Source of the DNA: an uncultured Erysipelotrichaceae bacterium
GTDB taxonomy: Bacteria > Bacillota_I > Bacilli_A > Erysipelotrichales > Erysipelotrichaceae
Assembly: GCA_942492995.1 (NCBI GenBank)
Contig: OW818653.1
Location: forward strand, 360,001-392,000
Direction: 5' to 3'
Length of the DNA stretch: 32,000 nucleotides
Shown: positions 25,694 through 32,000 of the stretch, piece by piece
How the letters are laid out: every line of letters starts with the position of its first letter
Position numbering within the stretch: position 1 is the stretch's first letter
The notes under the pieces: generated by a model
Told to the model about the DNA's origin: nothing
Database searches by the model: none
The model's input: the letters and a program-made list of their open reading frames with translations, nothing else
Program-made: the position numbers and the translations under genes

Positions 25694-26929
25694 ATGCCAA
25701 GTAAGAAATTGTTACATAAATACGCAGAAGTCGCTGTTAAAGTAGGTGCTAATGTTCAAAAGGGTCAACCTTTGATGATTAGTGCTAATGTTGATACCAA
25801 AGAATTTATTCGTATATTAGTTGAAGAAGGGTATAAAGCCGGCGCATCTCATGTATTCGTACGATACAATGATGAAATTGTTAATCATCATCATTATGAA
25901 TATTGTGATTTAGATGTATTGGGTAATGTACCAAATTACATGGTTGAACAATTCAATTACTTCATTGAAAAAGGATATGCATTAATTTCAGTTCATGCAG
26001 AAACACCTGGTTTGATGGCTGATATTGATCCAATTAAAATTCAAACGTCCGCAATCGCTATGAATAAAGCACTTAAATCATGGCGTGAACATACCATGGG
26101 TAATCGTACTCAATGGTGTGTTATCTCAGTCCCTACTTCTGGTTGGGCGAAACGTGTATTCCCTGAATTTACAGAAGAATTAGCTGTCGATGCATTATGG
26201 GAAGCAATCTTAAATGCTGTGCGTGTTCATGATGATAATAATCCTGTTCTTGAATGGGAAAAACATAACGAAACATTGCATAAACACAATGAAGCATTAA
26301 ATACGTATAACTTTAAATCATTACACTTTAAGAATAGTGTTGGTACAGACTTGGTTGTTGAACTTGTTCAAAACCATGTATGGGCGGGTGGTAACGAAAA
26401 GAGTACTAAAGGAATCGTATTTAATCCAAATATGCCTACTGAAGAATCATTCTCAATGCCGTATAAATTTGGTGTGAATGGTAGAGTCTATGCGACTAAA
26501 CCACTTAACTACAATGGTAACTTAATCCGTGATTTCTGGTTAGAATTCAAAGATGGTAAAGTTGTCGATTATGATGCGAAGGAAGCGAAAGATGCACTTA
26601 AGAGTTTACTTGAATTTGATGATGGATCATCCTATTTAGGTGAAGTTGCGCTAATCTCTCATGATTCACCGATTTCAAACAGTAATATTCTATTCTTAAA
26701 TACATTGTTTGATGAAAATGCATCATGTCACTTAGCTCTTGGTCGTGCTTACCCTATGAATGTTAAGGGTGGTAATGATATGACTCAAGAAGAGTTAGAT
26801 AAAGTTGGTTCTAACAACTCTATGGAACATGAAGACTTCATGTTTGGTAGTGCTGATATGTCCATTATCGGTTTAACTCAGGATGGAAAAGAAGTTGTTG
26901 TATTTAAAGACGGTAATTTCGCGTTTTAA
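25694..26929 (+). CDS. M29-family aminopeptidase (AmpS/PepS-like)
   Basis: 411 aa. N-terminal LLHKYAEVAVKVGANVQKGQ, SYLGEVAL, and the C-terminal ...CHLALGRAY...EHEDFMFG pattern are typical of thermophilic-metalloprotease M29 enzymes. Confidence 0.8.
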   Translation: MPSKKLLHKYAEVAVKVGANVQKGQPLMISANVDTKEFIRILVEEGYKAGASHVFVRYNDEIVNHHHYEYCDLDVLGNVPNYMVEQFNYFIEKGYALISVHAETPGLMADIDPIKIQTSAIAMNKALKSWREHTMGNRTQWCVISVPTSGWAKRVFPEFTEELAVDALWEAILNAVRVHDDNNPVLEWEKHNETLHKHNEALNTYNFKSLHFKNSVGTDLVVELVQNHVWAGGNEKSTKGIVFNPNMPTEESFSMPYKFGVNGRVYATKPLNYNGNLIRDFWLEFKDGKVVDYDAKEAKDALKSLLEFDDGSSYLGEVALISHDSPISNSNILFLNTLFDENASCHLALGRAYPMNVKGGNDMTQEELDKVGSNNSMEHEDFMFGSADMSIIGLTQDGKEVVVFKDGNFAF

Positions 26930-26942
26930 TTAATTAAGTAAT

Positions 26943-26977
26943 ATAGCAGGAGTTGTAATGACTCCTGCTATTTTTTT
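26943..26977. terminator. Strong (probably bidirectional) terminator
   Basis: ATAGCAGGAGT (26943-26953), loop TGTAATG, ACTCCTGCTAT (26961-26971), then a T7 run, between convergent genes. Confidence 0.85.
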
Positions 26978-26989
26978 GTACTATTTTGA

Positions 26990-27358
26990 TTAAATAGTAA
27001 CTAATTTTTCGTTTGGTAACCAACCTTCATCTAGTTGATTAATCTTCTTACACCATGTCCAGCCATTAAGTTCAATCGTGCCTTCAACAGTTTCGTCTTT
27101 TTGAACATCTAACTCTACTGCAGAATAATCTTCTAATACAGTTCCATATGCACCTTCGATTTGAATGATTTGGATTGGTGTCCATCCTTCGCCATTTTCA
27201 TCGCTATAACAGTAAATCCAATTTGGCCAATTCCCATTACTATTCGATTTTTCTCCAAGTCTTACTTTTGAACCTTTTGTAATAATAATTGGTGTAGTGT
27301 TATCATTTTTATGATCATCTATTGTTTTGTACATCATAAGCATTTCCTGCCTTTTCAT
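26990..27358 (-). CDS. Small cytoplasmic protein with two SH3-like repeats
   Basis: 122 aa with two segments that end in SH3-like GW-x-P motifs (ENGEGWTPIQII and LDEGWLPNEKLV). No signal peptide. Confidence 0.45.
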   Translation of the reverse strand: MKRQEMLMMYKTIDDHKNDNTTPIIITKGSKVRLGEKSNSNGNWPNWIYCYSDENGEGWTPIQIIQIEGAYGTVLEDYSAVELDVQKDETVEGTIELNGWTWCKKINQLDEGWLPNEKLVTI

Positions 27359-27428
27359 TTATATATATAATATGTTAAGTATATAATATGCTTAATCGAT
27401 TTACACATCTCTTTCAGAAAGGAATCAT

Positions 27429-28007
27429 ATGAAAACACTTTATCTAATGCGCCATGGACAAACTTTATTTAATCAAAGACATAAAGTACAAGGTTTTTGT
27501 GATTCACCGCTTACAGAACTAGGAATTAATCAAGCTAAAATAGCACGTAGGTACTTTGATAAGAATTCAATTACATTTGATCATGCGTATTCATCCACAT
27601 CAGAACGTGCAAGTGATACGTTAGAACTTATAACTGATATGGATTATAAACGTTTAAAAGGACTAAAAGAATGGAATTTTGGATCATTTGAAGGGGAAAG
27701 TGAAGATTTAAATCCTAAGTTACCGTATGGTGATTTCTTTGTGTCATATGGAGGAGAAGGTGAGTTAGATTTTCAAAAACGAGTATCTGATACAATTCTA
27801 GAGATTATGCAAAAAGAGGATCATGATACTGTTTTAATGGTAAGTCATGGGGCATCATGTCGTACCTTCATGCGTTATTGGGGACATAAGAGTTCTGTGG
27901 ATCATATCGGTAGAATTGGGAATTGTTGCATATTAAAGTTTGCGTTTGAGAATAATGAGTTTACATTACTTGAAGTAATTAACCATAATTTTGATGAATT
28001 AAAATAA
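27429..28007 (+). CDS. Histidine-phosphatase (phosphoglycerate-mutase-like) family protein
   Basis: 192 aa with the catalytic RHG motif (LYLMRHGQTLFN), ERASDT and a second His in VSHGA. Confidence 0.85.
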   Translation: MKTLYLMRHGQTLFNQRHKVQGFCDSPLTELGINQAKIARRYFDKNSITFDHAYSSTSERASDTLELITDMDYKRLKGLKEWNFGSFEGESEDLNPKLPYGDFFVSYGGEGELDFQKRVSDTILEIMQKEDHDTVLMVSHGASCRTFMRYWGHKSSVDHIGRIGNCCILKFAFENNEFTLLEVINHNFDELK

Positions 28008-28025
28008 AAAGAGCAACGCTCTTTT
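28008..28025. terminator. Short bidirectional terminator hairpin
   Basis: AAAGAGC (28008-28014), loop AAC, GCTCTTT (28018-28024), flanked by an A-run and a T-run, between convergent genes. Confidence 0.55.
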
Positions 28026-29274
28026 AGGCAAACATTGACATAATTTGTGTCACAAATAATGTCGTTGTAAGTGAAATTATAAATAATACAGTTAATGTTG
28101 ATACGATATTTTGGAATCGATTATTTACCATAGTTCCCATTATATTGCGATCATTAATTAATAGAATCATGAATATAAGGATTACTGGAACAAGGATACC
28201 TGCAATTTGTTGAGTACGTAAAATAAGTGGAATTAAATTTAAGTTTGGGATCAATACTAGACTTGCTGTAATCCCGATAATTCCAAATAATATTGTGAAG
28301 AATGCTTTTGCCTCGGAAGGGGTATTATTAACACCGTTTTCCCAACCAAATGCTTCACAAATCGCATAGGCTGTTGATAATGGAATAATTGCACATGCTA
28401 ATACGGATGCACCAAATAATCCAGCTCCGAAAAGTATAAACGCATAATCACCGGCTAATGGTTTAAGTGCTAACGCAATACTTGAAACACTATCGGCTTG
28501 AATACCAGCTTTATGTAACGTTGCTGCCGTCACAACGATTACGAAGAACGAAATAATAGCTCCCCAAACAGCACCTAAATAGACATCCAATTTTTCATAC
28601 TTATAATCTTTTAAACTTAAGTTCTTATCTACAATCGCAGCTTGTAAATAAAACTGCATGTAAGGAGAAATTGTTGTACCAATTAAACCAATAAAGGTTA
28701 AGAGATATGCACTATTCATTTCGATACTCGGTGATACAACAGCTTTAAATACTTCTGGCCAATCTGGTTTAATAATAATGGCTGAGAAAATATAACTAAA
28801 GAACGCAAAACTAAACATTAAGAATATTTTTTCAACTTTATTGTAACTTCCATGGCTAACAAGATATGAAATAAGGATCGCTACAACCGGCACTGATATG
28901 TATTTTGTAATACCAAATAATTCTAAACTTGCCGCAACACCCGCAAAATCTCCGAGTGTTACTCCGAAATTCGCAACCAATAATACAATCATTGCGAAGA
29001 ATGTCCATTTAACGCCGAATTTCTCGCGAATTAAATCAGATAAACCCTTACCACTAACAACTGCCATACGTGCATTCATTTCTTGGATGATTGCTAATGC
29101 AAAGGTAAGAAGTAATAAGCCCCATAACATACTATATCCATACTTAGCTCCAATACTTGCGAAGGTTGAAATACCACCTGCATCATTTCCAGCATTTACG
29201 GTAATCAATCCTGGCCCAACAATTGCGAGTACGTAGCTAATCTTAGCCCAACGTTTTTTAAGCATTTCTTTCAT
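28024..29274 (-). CDS. NRAMP-fold cation transporter with a non-canonical metal site (NRMT-like, possibly Mg2+)
   Basis: About 416 aa, about 11 TM. TM1 reads GPGLITVNAGNDAGGISTFASIGAKYGYSMLW, so DPGN is replaced by DAGG (nt 29184-29173). TM6 reads GTTISPYMQFYLQ, so the Mn/Fe-selecting Met and the following His are replaced by Ser and Tyr. The ATG at 29274 overlaps the upstream stop (ATGA); an alternative ATG lies at 29286. Confidence 0.8.
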   Translation of the reverse strand: MKEMLKKRWAKISYVLAIVGPGLITVNAGNDAGGISTFASIGAKYGYSMLWGLLLLTFALAIIQEMNARMAVVSGKGLSDLIREKFGVKWTFFAMIVLLVANFGVTLGDFAGVAASLELFGITKYISVPVVAILISYLVSHGSYNKVEKIFLMFSFAFFSYIFSAIIIKPDWPEVFKAVVSPSIEMNSAYLLTFIGLIGTTISPYMQFYLQAAIVDKNLSLKDYKYEKLDVYLGAVWGAIISFFVIVVTAATLHKAGIQADSVSSIALALKPLAGDYAFILFGAGLFGASVLACAIIPLSTAYAICEAFGWENGVNNTPSEAKAFFTILFGIIGITASLVLIPNLNLIPLILRTQQIAGILVPVILIFMILLINDRNIMGTMVNNRFQNIVSTLTVLFIISLTTTLFVTQIMSMFA

Positions 29275-30530
29275 ATTAAATCCCATTCCTTACCAAATTC
29301 ATTCACTAAATCATTGGTTGATGTTATACCGATTAAGATTTGATTCGAATCCAATACCGGTAATATCATCAGGTTATACTTTAATAACCATTCCATAGCT
29401 TTTTCAACAGAATCATTGTCATTTAAATAGACGAGTTGTTGATTTTTATCAATGACGTCACTAATCATCATATTCAAATCAGAACGGATAAGTTCCATTA
29501 ATGATACAACACCTTGAAGTTGATAATCATGATTCACAATGTAGATATAATGTGATGTTTCTTCTGTATATTCAGTATTTTTTAGTAAATCTAATATATC
29601 TTTTACTTTCATTTCTTCACTAAACGCTAAGAAATCGATCATCATTAAACTACCAACTGTTTTATCTTTATATTTTAATAACTCTCGAATTTCTAATGAA
29701 TTGTCTTCATCCATATCATCAAGTAATCGATTAACTTGTTCTGTTTCCATCTCTTCCAGAATATCGGCAACTTCATCAGATGGCATTAATTCCAATACAT
29801 CTGTTGCTTGTTCAATGGTTAGATTCTCAATTAAACTAACTTGTGTTTCAGATTCAATTTCTTCTAATACATCAGCCGCTAATTCAGCATCTAAACTTTG
29901 GAATAATGTAACTTGAGCTTTTTTATCTAAATCTTCTAAGATGTCGGCTAAATCCGCCACGTGTAATGTATTTAATTTATGCACAGAAGAGTTTAATTGT
30001 AGATTATCTTTTCCATGGGTTAGGGATTGAACATCATCCCATGCGACTAAACTATTTCTAAATGTTTTATTTAACTTAGTTGATATAAATATACCTAAAT
30101 ACTCAACACCTAAACGACGCATTAATCCTCTAAATCCGATATCAACTGCGATTAATACCCATTTACCATCAACTAATGCGATACGTACATCATTTACGCG
30201 TTCTACTTTCTTACCCTCTATATCGATGATTTGTTTATCTAAGAAATCACGTGCTAAGAATACATCCGTTTCTGGGATTGGTACAAATGATAAATTTTGT
30301 GAGTTTAGTTTAATATGATAGCGTTCTTTATTATCATGCGTTACGACAAGTGATTGCATCATGATAAAAAAGTCGCGTTTACCATTTTTTACGACAATGG
30401 CTCGTACGACTGGTAATGGTAAACTAAAATCAACGACTAAGTCGTGTAGATTACCTATGATTGAATTATCAATGTTGTAGATATGTTTGTACAATATCTT
30501 ACTAAAAAAGAAATGTGTGGATGTGATCAT
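29271..30530 (-). CDS. Soluble MgtE-N-domain + CBS-pair protein (no membrane domain), with an N-terminal beta-rich (PRC-barrel-like) region
   Basis: 419 aa. Residues ~190-290 match the acidic helical MgtE N-domain (LHVADLADILEDLDKKAQVTLFQSLDAELAADVLEEIESE...MPSDEVADILEEME), followed by a tandem CBS pair (TVGSLMMIDF...; MMISDVIDKNQQLV...LMILPVLD). The protein ends right after CBS2. AGGAG RBS at 30540-30536. Confidence 0.8.
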   Translation of the reverse strand: MITSTHFFFSKILYKHIYNIDNSIIGNLHDLVVDFSLPLPVVRAIVVKNGKRDFFIMMQSLVVTHDNKERYHIKLNSQNLSFVPIPETDVFLARDFLDKQIIDIEGKKVERVNDVRIALVDGKWVLIAVDIGFRGLMRRLGVEYLGIFISTKLNKTFRNSLVAWDDVQSLTHGKDNLQLNSSVHKLNTLHVADLADILEDLDKKAQVTLFQSLDAELAADVLEEIESETQVSLIENLTIEQATDVLELMPSDEVADILEEMETEQVNRLLDDMDEDNSLEIRELLKYKDKTVGSLMMIDFLAFSEEMKVKDILDLLKNTEYTEETSHYIYIVNHDYQLQGVVSLMELIRSDLNMMISDVIDKNQQLVYLNDNDSVEKAMEWLLKYNLMILPVLDSNQILIGITSTNDLVNEFGKEWDLI

Positions 30531-30731
30531 GATTGCTCCTTAAATAGGAACAATCACCCTGAATAGTTCCTAATTATTTATCCATTTTGGATGGAATGAT
30601 TAAATTTTTACGATACTGGTTCAGGTCTATGTCCATATAGTTATCTCCATGCTAGTTTATTTTAGTCTTTTATCAATAATATTTCCACATATTTCGAATT
30701 AATTAAGTATTATCAACTTTTTACATTAGTT

Positions 30732-30761
30732 TATTAACTTCGAATCCATTTCAGTTGACAA
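30732..30761 (-). promoter_or_regulatory. Candidate promoter for the MgtE-N/CBS + NRAMP operon (TTGTCA-18 nt-TTAATA)
   Basis: On the minus strand, -35 at 30761-30756 and -10 at 30737-30732. This would give a leader of roughly 190 nt. The hexamers are weak, and other AT-rich candidates exist. Confidence 0.3.
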
Positions 30762-30783
30762 AAATCATTGAAATAATTAAACT
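30755..30783 (+). promoter_or_regulatory. thrS leader promoter (TTGACA-17 nt-TAAACT)
   Basis: Consensus -35 TTGACA at 30755-30760 and -10 TAAACT at 30778-30783, just upstream of the T-box Stem I. Confidence 0.5.
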
Positions 30784-30789
30784 ACTACT

Positions 30790-30998
30790 ATAGCCAAAGC
30801 TTAAGACATGATGTTAAGTATTTCGTTAAGAGAGAAAGTGGTTGGTGTAAACTTTCCTTAATGCTTAATTATTACCACTTGAGGGGTGAATCTTAGAAAA
30901 GATTCCGTTTAGTCAACGTTAACGATGAAGTGCAAGGCTTATATAGCTTTGAATTAAGGTGGTACCGCGAACTCTCGTCCTTTGGATGGGAGTTTTTT
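30790..30998 (+). promoter_or_regulatory. T-box leader (threonine, ACC specifier) with terminator
   Basis: Stem I elements AGAGAGAAAGTGGTTGGTGTAAAC; candidate specifier ACC followed by A at 30874-30877; conserved T-box sequence AATTAAGGTGGTACCGCG (30952-30969); terminator AACTCTCGTCC / GGATGGGAGTT (30970-30994) with a T-run. Confidence 0.88.
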
Positions 30999-31020
30999 GT
31001 TTCTAAAAAGGAGAAAGAAA

Positions 31021-32000
31021 ATGATTAATGTAAAAGAGAATGCTGAATTAAATGTATTGAATCATTCATGTGCACATTTAATGGCGCAAGCGATTAAACG
31101 TATACATCCCCATGCTTTATTTTGGGTAGGACCTGTAATTACAGAAGGGTTTTATTATGACATTGATTTAGGTGATACAGTTTTAAGTGAAAGTGATTTC
31201 CCTAAGATTGAGGCTGAAATGAAGAAGATTTCTAAAGATGGTAAACGTATTATTCGTGAAGAAATCTCTAAAGAAGAAGCGTTAGAACGTTTTAAGAATG
31301 ATCCATATAAATTAGATCTAATTAATAATATGGAAGGTGTCACAATCACTACATTCAAACAAGGTGAATTTGAAGATTTATGTCGTGGACCACATGTTGA
31401 AAGTGTTAAAGAATTAAAGTTCTATAAACTACTTAAAGTATCCGGTGCTTATTGGAAGGGTGATGCCAACAATAAGATGTTACAACGCGTATACGGTATT
31501 TGTTTCGATACTCAAGAGGCTTTGGATCAACACCTATATTTACTTGAAGAAGCGAAGAAACGTGACCATAAGAAGCTAGGCAAAGAATTAGGCTTATTCA
31601 TGATGAGTGAATTTGGCCCTGGATTCCCATTCTGGTTGGATAAAGGGATGATTCTACGTAATATCTTAGAAAACTTCTGGTATGAAGAACATACTAAAGA
31701 AGGCTACCAATTCATTAAGACACCGATTATGTTGTCTCAAGAACTATGGGAAGTATCAGGTCACTGGTTCAACTATAAAGAAAATATGTATATCTCAGAT
31801 GTGGATGATCGTCAATTTGCGATTAAACCAATGAACTGTCCAGGTGGAATGTTAGTGTATAAGAATGATTTACATTCCTATAAAGATCTTCCATTAAGAG
31901 TTGGAGAACTTGGTTTAGTTCATCGTCATGAAGCATCGGGCGCATTGAATGGTTTATTCCGTGTTCGTACATTTACACAAGATGATGCACATCTATATAT
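31021..32000 (+). CDS. thrS: Threonyl-tRNA synthetase, 5' part (continues beyond the window), apparently without the N-terminal TGS domain
   Basis: AAAGGAGA RBS. Translation begins MINVKENAELNVLNHSCAHLMAQAIKR..., which is the editing (N2) domain HxxxH motif at residue ~15. Later motifs: CRGPH, GAYWKGD, KKRDHKKLG, and class II motifs up to FRVRTFTQDDAH. Confidence 0.92.
   Translation, partial: MINVKENAELNVLNHSCAHLMAQAIKRIHPHALFWVGPVITEGFYYDIDLGDTVLSESDFPKIEAEMKKISKDGKRIIREEISKEEALERFKNDPYKLDLINNMEGVTITTFKQGEFEDLCRGPHVESVKELKFYKLLKVSGAYWKGDANNKMLQRVYGICFDTQEALDQHLYLLEEAKKRDHKKLGKELGLFMMSEFGPGFPFWLDKGMILRNILENFWYEEHTKEGYQFIKTPIMLSQELWEVSGHWFNYKENMYISDVDDRQFAIKPMNCPGGMLVYKNDLHSYKDLPLRVGELGLVHRHEASGALNGLFRVRTFTQDDAHLY

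Noticed and set aside
30627-30650. 7-codon minus-strand uORF (MEITIWT) in that leader
   Set aside because: It has no Shine-Dalgarno, and such a short frame in AT-rich sequence is easily explained by chance.
30531-30731. M-box (Mg2+) or yybP-ykoY (Mn2+) riboswitch in the leader of the MgtE-N/NRAMP operon
   Set aside because: Reading the minus strand, I could not find the conserved core strings of either class. I kept only an 'unexplained long leader' finding.
1-32000. Search for mobile elements, prophage, CRISPR repeats, defence islands, and tRNA or rRNA genes
   Set aside because: I noticed no integrase, transposase or recombinase-like ORFs, no regularly spaced direct repeats, no long inverted terminal repeats and no compositional island. 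Intergenic gaps are short and are accounted for by promoters, terminators, one riboswitch and one T-box.

Overview
AT-rich, densely coding chromosomal segment with Bacillota-type organisation, probably from an anaerobe; an Erysipelotrichia- or Clostridia-like origin is a low-confidence guess. I saw no rRNA, tRNA, CRISPR array, transposase, integrase or recognisable defence genes, and most of the window is core housekeeping. Left to right: a partial TPR protein (minus strand); a multisubunit NADH-type [FeFe]-hydrogenase operon (NuoE-like, small 2Fe-2S protein, NuoF-like, catalytic HydA) preceded by two perfect Rex-type palindromes; an FMN riboswitch with terminator controlling an unusually truncated rib operon (reductase-only RibD, RibBA with a degenerate DHBP-synthase half, and a membrane-anchored alpha/beta hydrolase); a monocistronic 565-aa protein with a PEPCK/HprK-like P-loop and unknown function; two Cof-type HAD phosphatases; a GPH-family sugar symporter; two unannotated small ORFs; radC-mreC-mreD; an orphan ZnuA/TroA-fold lipoprotein; polA-mutM-coaE-dnaB-dnaI; pfkA-pyk; a ROK kinase; an M29 aminopeptidase; an SH3-like protein; a histidine phosphatase; then a minus-strand two-gene operon and a threonine T-box leader with the start of thrS. 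The most interesting candidate is that minus-strand operon: a soluble MgtE-type N-domain/CBS protein is translationally coupled to an NRAMP-fold transporter whose canonical metal-site residues are replaced. The truncated FMN-controlled rib operon and the orphan PEPCK/HprK-like protein come next. All calls rest on reading the sequence and on remembered family motifs; no searches were run.
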